Shown here: piece by piece, positions 36,530 to 49,955 of the stretch
How the letters are laid out: every line of letters begins with the position of its first letter
Position numbering within the stretch: the stretch's first letter is position 1
Source of the DNA: Octopus bimaculoides
Taxonomy: Eukaryota
DNA: 64,000 nt
Assembly (NCBI RefSeq): GCF_001194135.2
Contig: NC_068988.1
Span: 48,058,584-48,122,583, forward strand
Direction: 5' to 3'
Translations under genes and position numbers: made by a program
The notes under the pieces: model-generated
The model's database searches: none
What the model was told of the DNA's origin: nothing
The model's input: only the letters and a program-made list of their open reading frames with translations

Positions 36530-37235
36530 ATCATCATCCTCATCCTCATCATCATCATCGTTTAACGTCCATTTTCTACACTAGCATGGGTTGGTTGGAT
36601 GGATTGACTTAAGTCTGGAAAACAGGCTGCTGCACCTAACACCAATCTAATCTGGCAATGTTTCTACAGCTGGATGCCCTTCCTAACGCCAACAACTCCA
36701 AGAGTGTAGTGGGTGCTTTTTATGTGCCACTGCCACTGGAGCCAGTCAGGCGGGCCTGGCATTGATCACGTTTAGATAGAGCTTTTTACATTCCACCAGC
36801 GCAGGAGCCAGTCAGGGGGCACTGGCATCAACTACGTTTGGATGGTGTTTTTTACAGGCCACCAGCATGGGAGACAGTGAGGGATGACTGGCATCAACTT
36901 CATTCAGGGGCACTGGCCACAGCGAAGATTTTGGTTTTACTTGACTCAACAGATCTTCTCAAGCATATCATATCGCCCAACAAATCAAGGATACTTTTAA
37001 ATGGGATGGACAGGCAACACTGGCATCGGCCATGGCTGTGATCTCACTTTACTTGCTGGGTCTTTTCAATCACAGCATATCTCTGAAGATCTTGGTCTCC
37101 TGTCATTGCCTCTGTGAGGCCCAACGTTCAAAGGTCATGCTTCACCATGTCATCTCTTGCCTTCCTGGGTCTAACTCTTCCACAGGTTCCTTCCACAGTT
37201 AGGGCGTGGCACTTCCTCACACAGCTGTCTCATCC
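36530..37235 (-). mobile_element. RTE LINE 3' end with long 3' UTR
   Basis: DSCVRKCHALTVEGTCGRVRPRKARDDMVKHDL*TLGLTEAMTGDQDLQRYAVIEKT; three ~65-bp repeats at 36715-36905; terminus acgttaaacgatgatgatg. Confidence 0.85.
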
Positions 37236-37356
37236 AGCTGAAATTGCAAGGATAATCTGGATCTCGACTGAAGAAAGAAAACTCCGAATGACCTGTCCAT
37301 GTCTTGTTTGTATCTTCTATCTGCATGTTTTGTCCCTTTCTTGTATCACCATTTCA

Positions 37357-37430
37357 GCACTGGAGTTGATGTAATCAACTTACCCCATTCTCTAAACTTA
37401 CAGGCCATTGGGACAAAATTTGAAACCAAG
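37357..37430 (+). mobile_element. SINE family C tail
   Basis: gcactggagttgatgtaatcaact...caaaatttgaaacca. Confidence 0.5.
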
Positions 37431-37680
37431 ATTTTGCTTAGGCATAATGACCCAAATGAACTGCTGTTAGATAGAACTCAATGCAGATATGCACTTGTTT
37501 GATGTGATAAACAATAGAATTGAACATTTAGTGAAAGTGACTTGTCTTAAGTGTACTTTAGTCAAACTATTTCATCACCACAATATACTATATATTTTTC
37601 TTAAAGTTGTGGCTCACACAATCACTTCATCTAAATCTTAATAGTATTTTAGTATTTGAATGGATATGCATGTGTGTGTG

Positions 37681-37823
37681 TCATCATCATTATTTAAACA
37701 TCCACTTTTCCATACTTGTATGAGTCAAACAGAATTTATCGAAGCAGATTTTTAATGGGCAGCCGTCCTCCCTATCACCACCCTTACCTGTTTCCAAGAA
37801 ATGAAATATTTCATGATAGCCAT
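37681..37823 (-). mobile_element. SINE B tail
   Basis: tcatcatcattatttaaacatccacttttccatacttgtatgagtc...cctatcaccacccttacctgtttccaag. Confidence 0.5.
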
Positions 37824-38074
37824 ATATCCTTCATTATCATGACTGCTACTTGGCTTCATCAAAAATTGCCTGTTTCTCATCATTGAAGAATAGACTTGCT
37901 ATTGTGTTCTTTCTGGTTAGAATCATTACAAGTGATAAAAACTGGCTACTCTATAATTATACCTAGTGATTACAACAATGATTAGCACACACACAAAAAA
38001 AAAAAATTAAAGTATCCTTCCACAAACTACCTAAAATAGGACTATATCCCCCAAATTTTATGCCCAGTGTTTGT

Positions 38075-38500
38075 GGGGAATCATACTCTAAAGCCAAACA
38101 AGAATGGAATAGTTTGTGCAGAGAAGTATTGTTGCCAATTGGAAAGCATTGCATTAAAACTTTCAGAAAAGTGCTCATCAGTGTTCAATTCTAAAAGGGT
38201 TTTGCTCTTACACAATAACACTAGGCCACATAATGCCTGAGTAACTCATGAATTATGCCTCTCAATATGAACGTTCAGCCTCAGTCACTCTACTCTCCTG
38301 ACATTCATTCTTTTGAGTGCCATCATTTCAGATCTCTATTACATTATTTAAAGGGAAAAACAGTTTGTTAATTGTGAAGAGGTTAAATTTGATATTTAGT
38401 GTTTTTTTTCACACTGAAAGCTGAAGAATTCTTTGTCTGAAGGATGAACAATTTTCCAATTACAAGGGATTATGCTATCTATAATGAGAGAAAATAATAT
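38075..38500 (+). mobile_element. Mariner transposase C-terminal relic
   Basis: KRVLLLHNNTRPHNA (HDNARPH motif) and LYSPDIHSFECHHFRSLLHYLKGK (YSPD.AP.D.HLFRSL motif). Confidence 0.6.
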
Positions 38501-38592
38501 CCTGATTAAATATATCAATTAAAACCAAAGAAGCCAGTGAAGTGTTTCTTTCCCATCTTAAACTACAATAGGACTTTCTCCCAAACACACAC

Positions 38593-38643
<51 letters not shown>

Positions 38644-38792
38644 NNNNNNNNNNTAGCTAGCTAGCTAACTAGCTAGCTAGATAGATAGATAGATAGATAA
38701 ATAGATAAATAAAACTTACTTGGAAATGGATGCGTGGTGTTCAATCATATAATAATATCAATAATATATAAATATATATGCATACATACATT

Positions 38793-38833
<41 letters not shown>

Positions 38834-39681
38834 GCATATTTGGGCACAGGACACCATAGAACGTAAACAATATGAAATATAAAATACGAAAACTTGGAAT
38901 ATGAACTTTTTTGTGAACAACGAAAAAATAAATGGAAAACACGACAAGCAACATAAAAAAACAACCCTTCATCAGTTGTTGGCTGTTTTCCTACTACGTA
39001 TTTCAAGTAATTCACAACAAGACACGTTTTCGACAAAACAGTTGCTCCCTCAAAGCAAAATAAATAAAATTTGGGATTTTGTGGAGGGTCAAAGTTGATA
39101 ACAAATACAGTACAGTGAAAACAAGCAGGAAGGGCTGCTAAGCCTGAACGAGTTGAGTTGGTGAACGTGGAGGAACAAGCTCTGACAGGAGACAAACAAG
39201 AATATGTCTCATCCCTGTGGTTGATCAGAAAGAAAGAAAGAATTTCAAGTTTGGAAAAGAAAGATGGCCAATGGTCATGCGCGAGCAACAAGAGAGCAAA
39301 GGTGGAAGAGTGAGGGAGAGAGAGGGACAGAGAACGGTGAAGGGGAATGTATATATACATACATATATATATATATGTTTGTGTGTAGGTGTGTGTATGG
39401 TTCAAAACTGTACAAAAACAAAAAGTGAAAGGTGAGAAAACGACAAAGTGTACCAGTTTGATGCTCAGGGAAAATCAAAGAGATTTTGACATTTTGAACC
39501 TATACTCTTCTACAGAAAGGAATGAGGAAAGAGAGAAAGCAAAAGCAGTGAGGGAAAAAAGAATGTGTTTGGATAAATGGTTGCACAGGCTGAATATATA
39601 TNNNNNNNNNNNNNNNNNNNNNNNNNNNNNNNNNNNNNNNNNNNNNNNNNNNNNNNNNNNNNNNNNNNNNNNNNNNNNNNN

Positions 39682-39729
<48 letters not shown>

Positions 39730-39773
39730 GCACACATATATATATATATACATACATATAGATATATGTACCA

Positions 39774-40675
39774 CAAGGTGTTATCAAAAAGTTCTCAGGC
39801 TAGTTCTGTAGCACACCAGCAGATGGCAACACATGGGTGTGTACACAGTGGGAGCTAGCAGGGACCTCCATGAGCAGTGTGCCATGTGACATTGCTGTGT
39901 TTACTTTGCAAGTTGTGAAATTTGTGTTTTTGGGATCACATGTATAGTCTGTGGATTTGTCATGGACAGGAACAAAAAGCCAACGTGAAATTTTATGTTA
40001 AACTTGTGAAGTCTGCTACAGAGACATTTAGTATGCTTTGGAAAGCTTACAATGATGAGGAAAGGGGTCATATGCAATGTTTCGTGTGGAATGAGTGCTT
40101 CAAAAGTGGAAGTATGCCCCTGGAAGTTAATGAACAATCTAGAAGAACTGCCACAAGTGTCACTCTCGGATATGTGGTATTGTGTATCGAGCAGTCATCC
40201 CCAAGGTGCAGACCATCAACCAAGAGTTCTATGGTGATATTTTGAAGCATTCGAGGGAGGACATTTGGCAAAAGTGACTGGACATGTGGAGTGCAAAGAA
40301 TTGGATTCTTGAATGAGCTCTTCTCAATCATGCGGTTTTCACCAAAAACATGTTATCATTTCCATACCCTCTCTATTCACCGGATTTAGCACCTGTGGGC
40401 TTCCATATCTTCCCCCCGCCCCCCACGAGATGAAAATGCAGCTGAAAGGTCGCCATTTTAACAACATTGTTGAGATCCAGAGAGGAATGCAGAAGGTTCT
40501 CAACTTGCTTACGGAAAATGACTTCCAGGCTGAAATCCAAAAGCTGCAGGAACACTGGGGGCCAGTATATTGCTGAACAAGGTGGCTATTTTGAAGGAGA
40601 TAATGTTAAAACTTAGGTAAATAAATTACTTTTTATTAAATATAACTAGCCTGGGAACCTTTTGATACCACTTTG
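39774..40675 (+). mobile_element. Mariner, internally deleted, both TIRs present
   Basis: TIRs caaggtgttatcaaaaagttctcaggctagtt and its inverted copy (28/32); TA at right. EQKANVKFYVKLVKSATETFSML HTH; PYPLYSPDLAP; MKMQLKGRHFN. Confidence 0.85.
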
Positions 40676-40710
40676 TATATTGTATATACATACATACATG
40701 CATACATACA

Positions 40711-40744
<34 letters not shown>

Positions 40745-40911
40745 CATACATACATACATACATATATATACATTATTTAATAAGTTCTCCACCAATAATG
40801 GTGCTTTCATACCGATGGGCTTGGTAAAAATTGTTAATTGTTAATTGATTTATTAATTAATAAATTGATAATCCTTTACCCTTTTAATTTGTAATAATAC
40901 ATATATATACA

Positions 40912-40948
<37 letters not shown>

Positions 40949-41800
40949 TATTTTGTTTAAAAGAGTTCCAACACTGTCTGTTTTTTATGTTTTATTTATA
41001 TTCCTGCAGAACTAATGTGGGGTATAGAATATGGAATATACAATATATAATATAATATACAATATACAATATAAAATAAAATAAAATAAAAATGGATGGC
41101 ACCATGAAAGAAAGTATTGAATGTAGATGAAATATTGAGTGTTCAATATAAAGGATCAAATATATAAATATNNNNNNNNNNNNNNNNNNNNNNNNNNNNN
41201 NNNNNNNNNNNNNNNNNNNNNNNNNNNNNNNNNNNNNNNNNNNNNNNNNNNNNNNNNNNNNNNNNNNNNNNNNNNNNNNNNNNNNNNNNNNNNNNNNNNN
41301 NNNNNNNNNNNNNNNNNNNNNNNNNNNNNNNNNNNNNNNNNNNNNNNNNNNNNNNNNNNNNNNNNNNNNNNNNNNNNNNNNNNNNNNNNNNNNNNNNNNN
41401 NNNNNNNNNNNNNNNNNNNNNNNNNNNNNNNNNNNNNNNNNNNNNNNNNNNNNNNNNNNNNNNNNNNNNNNNNNNNNNNNNNNNNNNNNNNNNNNNNNNN
41501 NNNNNNNNNNNNNNNNNNNNNNNNNNNNNNNNNNNNNNNNNNNNNNNNNNNNNNNNNNNNNNNNNNNNNNNNNNNNNNNNNNNNNNNNNNNNNNNNNNNN
41601 NNNNNNNNNNNNNNNNNNNNNNNNNNNNNNNNNNNNNNNNNNNNNNNNNNNNNNNNNNNNNNNNNNNNNNNNNNNNNNNNNNNNNNNNNNNNNNNNNNNN
41701 NNNNNNNNNNNNNNNNNNNNNNNNNNNNNNNNNNNNNNNNNNNNNNNNNNNNNNNNNNNNNNNNNNNNNNNNNNNNNNNNNNNNNNNNNNNNNNNNNNNN

Positions 41801-41831
<31 letters not shown>

Positions 41832-42842
41832 ATATACATACAGAACAGGCTTCTTTTAGTCTCTATCTGCCAAATCCACCTGCTGTGTTTTGATTTTAAT
41901 GAGTATTTAATTGTGTCTATGCATGCATAATTTTAAAGAGCATTTTATTTCTCAAGTGTTTCTGTGTAAATTCAAGAAAATTCAAATATATAAATCCACT
42001 AACATCACTACGATCACCCCGCTCCTTATTACTAAGTCATCATTACCTCCCATCTTCACCTACTCCTGGAAACAAATCCCTGATTTGACATTCTGAAAGA
42101 AAAAAAATATCAAATGCTTCATTAATACATAGAATTACCATGTTGAAGGAAGCTTTAAATTTTACTGTTAATTTATATTTTACATTTAAAAAAACACAAC
42201 TAGTAAAGAAAAATAAGTTTTAGCATCAAACCACTCTTGAATTGGATATTTCAGTAAGATCTGGTAAATGCTAAATTATCCTTTAGGCTGAGGAGAGGGT
42301 ATCTACGAATTTGCTTTTTATAAAAGTTATTAGAATGTGACATTTTCAGATACCTTTGAAGATGGGTGGAACCTGTTGCAGTAATAGAATTTTTAGATTG
42401 TGTTCAAGCACATATGTGTGCAAGAATAGATGATTGGATGTATGTAAGCATGTATATGTGTGTGAGTGTATGTGTAATGATATAGTACATTAATGCTAAT
42501 ACATTATTACTTCAAGTTTCATACTAAATTCTATGCAAATCGATTATCAAGTGACAAATTCCACCACTTTCTGCCACATCACAGATCTTGCAGAAACTGG
42601 ATGATTTTGTCATTTGATTATTGCTTTACCTATGTATAGCAACAAATGTGAAATTACAATATATCACTAATGGACTATATAAATTTATGTATATACAAAC
42701 TTAGTTACTTATGTTATATATATATATATTCTTTTATATGTTTCAGCCCTAAGGCTGTAGCCATGCTGGAGCACACATTTATATAATACATATATGTATG
42801 TGTATGGATGCATAAATGTGTGTATGTATTCATGTATGTATG

Positions 42843-42880
<38 letters not shown>

Positions 42881-42912
42881 CATGTATGCATATATATATG
42901 TATATATACATG

Positions 42913-42956
<44 letters not shown>

Positions 42957-42996
42957 TAATATATATATGTAAATATATGTGTATATATATGTGTGC

Positions 42997-43029
<33 letters not shown>

Positions 43030-43271
43030 CATACATACATACATACATACGTGCATGCATATATATATATATATATATATATANNNNNNNNNNNNNNNNN
43101 NNNNNNNNNNNNNNNNNNNNNNNNNNNNNNNNNNNNNNNNNNNNNNNNNNNNNNNNNNNNNNNNNNNNNNNNNNNNNNNNNNNNNNNNNNNNNNNNNNNN
43201 NNNNNNNNNNNNNNNNNNNNNNNNNNNNNNNNNNNNNNNNNNNNNNATACATACATACATACATACGTGCA

Positions 43272-43313
<42 letters not shown>

Positions 43314-44110
43314 AGCATGTATGTATGTTTGTGTACATGGTTGTGTGTAGGTGGGTGTATAAGTTGTTTCTGCAAGCTATAGAATAGGGATGCAATTTCA
43401 CAATCTCCCTGAGTAAGAAGATCAGAAATGCTAGTTCATATGTGTATATGTGCACACACACACAGAATATCTATACTGTGTGTGCATGCATGTGCACACA
43501 CATGCACATATATATGTGTGTGCATGTGTTTAATCATATATATGTATGCATTTATGTATGTACATCAATGTGTTTATGTGTACTGTTACCACCTTGCTTG
43601 AGAGTTTACTGTTAAGCCAATGTGGATTTTATTTTTTACAAATGCTATTAAGGTGAGAAATACAGAGATTTAAAAATCTTCTTTCAATAACTCAAATCAC
43701 TTACATTTATGTATAAGAAAAAAATATTCCTCCAGAAAAATCTAAATTCACTCAAAAAAAAAATTCATACAGCAAGACAGCTATAAAAAATATATATTCC
43801 TTCTATTTTGAGTATTGTGCGTTCTGCTTCTGCTTAGAATAATCCTTTTAAAGGAAATGGCATTCTGAGAAAGGCATTTTATGTGAATAATATTTTACCT
43901 GGGGCTAATATTATTTTATTTCAGAGAATTTAGTGAATTATTTAACTCAGTGAAAAAAGAAAAAAAAAAGGAAGAAAAATAGAAAAAGAAAAGAAAATGT
44001 TAAATCTGGAAAAAATATCTTAGACAGAATAATGAGGATGATGATGGTTATGATAGTGATTATACTGATCATTATGCTGCTACTGCTACTACTGCTGCTG
44101 CTGCTACTAT

Positions 44111-44152
<42 letters not shown>

Positions 44153-44158
44153 CACCAT

Positions 44159-44191
<33 letters not shown>

Positions 44192-44240
44192 ATGTTATAA
44201 TAATGATGATGATGATGATGACGACAATGATGATGATGAA

Positions 44241-44436
44241 AATGGCTTCAAAATTTGGCACATGGCTATCGAAGTCAAACACATCAACCCCCAATACTAA
44301 ACTGGTACTTGTTTTATTGACCCTGAAAAGATGAAAGGCAAAATCGACTTCAGTAGAATTTGAACTCGAAATGCAAAGACAGGCAAAATGGCACTAAGCA
44401 TTTTACCCTGGGTGCTAAAGCTTCTGCTACCTCCCC
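44241..44436 (-). mobile_element. SINE family C
   Basis: actggtacttgttttattgaccctgaaaagatgaaaggcaaaatcgac...gaatttgaactc. Confidence 0.65.
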
Positions 44437-44440
44437 ACCG

Positions 44441-44755
44441 GTTTCAAATTTTGGAATGCGAGCAGCAATTTGATCCTTTTGGTATCAAGCCAGCTGAAAC
44501 CGGCTCTGGCTCTGTAGTACAAATGTCTTGTTTCCATAAGTTTTGAATTAAAATCTTCCACCAAACCTTAGTTAAAATTTATGTTCTTAACACTAGCTTA
44601 ATGGTAACTAAATTATTTTACTGAATTCTTTGTTATATTTAAAATTAATTGAAACAAACACAGAGCATCTCAAAATGAATACAGTAACAAAAGGGTTAAG
44701 GGAGAGGTTAAGTCAATTACATTTTCAGTGCTTAACTGGTACTTATTTTATTGAC
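44441..44755 (-). mobile_element. SINE family C 3' part interrupted by a MITE
   Basis: gtttcaaattttgg..cagcaat [MITE] gggagaggttaagtcaattac..ctggtacttattttattgac rejoins to family C sequence. Confidence 0.6.
44474..44695. mobile_element. piggyBac-like (TTAA) MITE, 222 bp
   Basis: Right end AAAAGGG-TTAA; left end TTGA-TCCTTTT (decayed TTAA-CCCTTTT); AT-rich non-coding interior. Confidence 0.6.
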
Positions 44756-44770
44756 ATTTACACATATATG

Positions 44771-44934
44771 TGATGGGCTTCATTCAGTTTCCATCTATTA
44801 AATCCACTCATAAAGCATTGGTAGATCAGAGGCTATAGTGGAAGACTCTTGCCCATTGTGCCATGCAGTGGAACTGAACCCAAAACCATGTGATTGGGAA
44901 GGGAACTTCTTACCATACAGCTACACCTGTGCCT
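44771..44934 (-). mobile_element. SINE family A head+core
   Basis: cagtttccatctattaaatccactca...gaactgaacccaaaaccatgtg...cttcttaccatacagc. Confidence 0.6.
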
Positions 44935-45071
44935 ATATATATAGACATACGTATATACCTACTCAAACGCTGATGTATACAAACATATAGCTTCTATCTG
45001 CATGCATCAACAAATTAAATGCATTTCCATTTCCAGTTCTGAAAAAAAAAAAAAAAAAAAAATCAAAGTTA

Positions 45072-45498
45072 GGTGCAGGAGTGGCTGCGTGGTAAGTAGC
45101 TTGCTTACCAACCACATGATTCTGGGTTCAGTCCCACTGCGTGGCACCTTGAGCAAGTGTCTTCTACTATAGCCTTGGTTTGACCAAAACCTTGTGAGTG
45201 GATTTGGTAGACGGAGACTGAAAGAAGCCTGTCGTATATATGTATACATATACATTAATATGTATGTGTGTATCTGTTTGTGTGTCTGTGTTTGTCCCCC
45301 CCAACATCGCTTGACAACCAATGCTGGTGTGTTTACGCCCCCGTAACTTAGCGGTTCGGCAAAAGAAACTGATAGAATAAGTACTAGGCTTCCAAAGAAT
45401 AAGTCCGGTGGAGGTCGATTTGCTCGACTAAAGGTGGTGCTCCAGCATGGCCGCAGTCAAATGACTGAAACAAGTAAAAGGGTAAAAGAGTAAAGAGT
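45072..45498 (+). mobile_element. SINE family A, full length
   Basis: ggtgcaggagtggctgcgtggtaag (A box), gggttcagtcc (B box), core, microsatellite, tail gactgaaacaagtaaaagggtaaaagagtaaagag. Confidence 0.9.
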
Positions 45499-45968
45499 TA
45501 CTCCTTGACCTTTGTGCCCATGTCAAACCATCAACTCTTTCACACATACTTATGTATGTCTGTCATTACAAAATAAAAACAAAGATGTAAAGTAAAATTA
45601 AATCTACTGACAGATTAATTTCATATGTTCAATGTAAGTATTCTCTATCTCCCAAACGGAGTCAATAGTATTCTCAAGCCTCATTGGATAGAAAATAAAA
45701 TTAATTCTATAATAAATGCTTGCTCTGATCATCACAATGACAGTGAAATAGATATGTACACTAAAATCACTAAAAAAATTTCTTTCACTTTCTTTTAATA
45801 GAACTGAGAAGCAACTTGAGATTAAAATTAAAGAAATTGTAAATTAATTCCACTTTGTGCACAAGCACATCGACAAATGAAAAATTGTAATCGTCAACGA
45901 GTGCAGTGCATTCCCTGATCCTGTTCCAGCAGGTTAGTAACTCCCAAAAGAACTTAGTACCAATCAGC

Positions 45969-46370
45969 TTACTCTTTTACTCTTTTACTTGTTTCAGTCA
46001 CTTGACTGTGGCCATGCTGGAGCACCGCCTTTAGTCAAGCAAATCGACCCCAGGACTTATGCTTTGTAAGCCTAGTACTTATTCTATCGGTCTCTTTTGC
46101 CGAACCGCTAAGTTATGGGGACGTAAACACACCAGCATCGGTTGTCAAGCAATGTTGTGGGGGACTAACACAGATACACAAACACGTTCATACACACATA
46201 CATATATATGATGAACTTCTTTCAGTTTCCGTCTTCCAAATCCACTCACAAAGCTTTGGTTGACCCGAGGCTATAGTAGAAGACACTTGCCCTAGGTGGC
46301 ACGCAGGGGGACTGAACCCAGAACCATGTGGTTGGTAAGCAAGCTACTTACCACACAGCCACTCCTATGC
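45969..46370 (-). mobile_element. SINE family A, full length
   Basis: Reverse complement collinear with 45072-45498. Confidence 0.9.
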
Positions 46371-47199
46371 TTCTACAATCTTGTCATTTTTGGCTTCACC
46401 ATCTGACCTTATTCCATCAAGTTTTTCTCTTTCCACTCCAAACACTTGCTGATATTATGCACAGGACATATGTGAACTTGGACGTAGTGGCAGCAACAAC
46501 AAAGGCTAATGCCCTTTTTCGCAGTACCCCTTATGCTGTAAACATAAGAAGACATTAGACCACATGGTATAAGAGAAAAATTTTATCCCACGTTCATCCA
46601 CTGTTCTAAATACAGAGTCCTTTGCCATAACCCTTAATAAGGATGCATATAAGCAATAAGCGAACCATCTTCCATCTGAAACTGTACCAGAACACCCTTT
46701 TTACTCTGAGAACATAGCTGAACATGGAACACAATTAGTTCCATATAAAAGGTGCAAAAATAAAAATAACAGCAAACAGCAATGACAAAAGCAAAATGGA
46801 AAAATGCAGACATATTCCAATTCTTAGTACAACTAAATAATTTCACAAAGAAGAAATTAAAAACAGAAAAAATACCTTCACATCAAACTCTAAAGCTGTC
46901 CTTAAACTCTAACCAAGATTGCAATAGATCATATGCTAAAGTGGTACCGATAATTCTTTCTTAATTAACATAACAGAAAAATATGAAATATAATCTAAGC
47001 TTTCAAATTTAACTGTCCATTCACTGCGATATTCCAACTACACTTCGAATACAAACACATTATCAGTCAAAACATCACTTTCCATAATCATTTCATAATA
47101 GAAACTGCTCCAGTGCTAGCACTAAACAACACTCTGTAATTCAAGGCTCCTGGAACAGTACAAATAAATTCGCACCTTGGTTTCTGCAGTCTCACTAAA

Positions 47200-48850
47200 C
47201 GTATGAAGCATCAACTAATTTTTAAGCACTCAAAAATGTAAGGATGGATTACTGAAATGACTCACTGCATAACTATCATCATCACAATTGAGACCTACTT
47301 AACCAATCCTAACATTCTGAGTTGAAATTCAATAATTTTGCCATCATTTATGTGGATAATACTGGCTGAAATAAAGAAAAGTCCACCGTTTTCATATGAA
47401 TTCCCTTTCTGTAGGTGCACATGATTTTTCTTTCAATTGCTAGTATGAATGTGTTTGTATATAGCAGAGTTAATGATTCATCTATTACTAACCTTTACAG
47501 GCTGCCTCAAGGATCTCTACAGTGTTAATAAGAGTGCCTTGATAACAAAGTCAAGTCTTTTTTTTTCCCAAAAACACAATTCTAGAAACATGTTGAATAG
47601 TGGATGATTTCTTTATTCCCTGTATAAGCTAACCTACAAATACTTTGTAAATATGGAACTGCATCTAAGTTCCAAAACAAGCAACAGTAGAATTGCTGTG
47701 TGGTTTATGGATGATTGATTGCTTTCTCAACTTATGCTTGAGCCAACAAGATGCAACAAAAGTATACTGGACATACTGTTAAGAAAGTACTCTGGCACCA
47801 TCAAAAGCATCTCAATGGATAACATTCTCCTCTTTGATCATGATCTTTTATCAATATTTCAGTTGATTAAACTCTTCTCTCTGACCATAGCATGATATTT
47901 TGTGTTCTTAGTTTCCAAAATATCAAAACCCATTTAACAAGTTGACTCTACACAAAGCAGACAAGGGAGCAACTATTTATTATTTATCATTTATTGACTG
48001 GTCTTTCACTCACACTTTCTCTGACATTGAAACAACTTGATACTAACTTGAGGTCATAGTCACCAACACTTCGAAAATACACCCAAGCAATGCTTCTTAG
48101 CAAAATCATGAGAAGGCCCCAAGGAGAAAAGAAAAAGAGAGAAACCATCAGAAAAATCAGGAGGTTAAATAATAAAATAATTAGCTAAAACACAACGCCC
48201 AGTGGCACCCATATCAACAGAAATAAAAATACTTGAGTAGAAAAAAGAAATCCACAGGATAGCATAAAAACTAACATTAGAATATTATAGGACCACAGTG
48301 GTGGACTGTGTCATTAAGAAAATCAAACACAGCTCAGAATTGTTCTGTTTGTTTACCAACATACATAACACTGCTCCTTTATCCGTTGGTCTAGTATTGG
48401 ACAGTTTTAACAGCAGAATGTGGTTAACTCTGTTGATGGCTTTGCTGATGCCAAGATATATGACTATTTATATCTTAGCCTTAGTGAAACCATCAACAGA
48501 GCTGACCATAATATTCTGTTGTTAAAACTGTCCATTTCTGAGGTCTATAGAAAGTTGTTGCAATGGATTAAGTGTTTCCTGGTTAGAAGAATCCAGCATG
48601 TTGTCATTGTTAGAATCCAATGAAGCCCAGCAAATGTCACCTATGGTATCATTTAAGAACCTATGTTAGGCATACTGCTCTTCACATTATACATAAACAA
48701 CATCTCAAATGTCACTAGACACAACAAAATAAAAATATTTGCAGATGACTTGAGGCTTCAGAAAATTACCAATGACATAGAAAACGAAATACATTTCCAG
48801 TCAAATATACATGTTGTAAGTGAATGGTCAGATAAAAACTATATATTCTG
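47200..48850 (+). mobile_element. CR1-clade LINE ORF2 relic (APE endonuclease + RT)
   Basis: EN motifs TIETYL, LYRLP, DDFFIP, EPTRCNKSILDILL..FDH; RT motifs DHNILLLKL..LLQWIKCFLVRRIQHV and LGILLFTLYINNI..KIFADD. Confidence 0.78.
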
Positions 48851-49159
48851 AAATGAGGGAAATTTAATAATAAATACTTCAGAAAGGAGCAATTATGAAA
48901 GATTGCTCAGACCTTGATAATTGGGATCATCACAAAACAGACTGTTTTCTCTCCAATGCTGTGGTGAATTGTTACATCATTTGCACAATGTAGATAATAT
49001 GCATTCAACATTGACAAAACAATCTCAGTATCAAGTAATAAAATCACTTAGAGCTAGGATCCCTCTGATACACAAACAAATCAGAACTGCAGCACATGGC
49101 CGCATTGTGACATAACTATTTTGCCCTGTTTTAATTAATATTCTTTTCTACTCTGGGCT

Positions 49160-49302
49160 CAAAGGGAGGGGGCAAATCCAATTAAATTGACCTTAAAGCT
49201 CAACTGGTGCTTGTTTTATCGATCTTGAAAGGACGAAAGGCAAAGTCGATCTTGGCAAACTTTGAATACAGAACATGAAGATCGACGAAATACCACTAAG
49301 CA
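49160..49302 (-). mobile_element. SINE family C
   Basis: ctcaactggtgcttgttttatcgatcttgaaaggacgaaaggcaaagtcgatcttgg. Confidence 0.55.
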
Positions 49303-49663
49303 AAATATTAACAAGGAAATACTGCTTTCATGATTAATTAATTTTACATCATTCATGTAACAGAAATTCCAATATTCATTCAGGATATTTAAGCTGTGTT
49401 AAGTGTGTTCAGCGTGAATACTAGTCATATATGTCTCTGTAAGCTCATGCTTGGAACTTATTTGGCTGTCTGAGAAGAATGTAAGTTCACCTTGTCAGGT
49501 GGTACTTCATGGAGAGCTTATAATAACGATTGCTGATAAAACCTGTGTTTCGATGAATGATGCTTGTTTTCAGACAGTAATTTTCTTCACAGCAATTGCA
49601 TCTGGATTCAGGATGGTGAATGTGTTACTGTCACTATCAGCGTTATTTCCTTTGTTGTTACTG

Positions 49664-49955
49664 TCATAGGATCGTGGTTTCGATTCCCAGACCGGGCGCT
49701 GTGAGGGTTTATTGAGTGAAAACACCTAAAGCTCCACGAGGCTCCGGCAGGCGATGGTGGTGAACCCTGCTGTACTCTTTCACCACAACTTTCTCTCACT
49801 CTTACTTTCTGTTTCTGTTGTGCCTGTAATTCAAAGGGTCAGCCTTGTCACACTGTGTCACGCTGAATATCCCCGAGAGCTATGTTAAGAGTACACGTGT
49901 GTGTGGAGTGCTCAGCAACTTGCACGTTAATTTCACGAGCAGGCTGTTCCGTTGA
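49664..49955 (+). mobile_element. SINE family D, truncated at both ends
   Basis: Highly similar to 62403-62692; B box ggtttcgattcc. Confidence 0.85.

Noticed and set aside
38758-39405. 215-aa minus-strand ORF (longest gap-free ORF), locally CpG-richer
   Set aside because: Begins and ends in microsatellite-derived residues, has no recognisable domain and no convincing splice-site pair.
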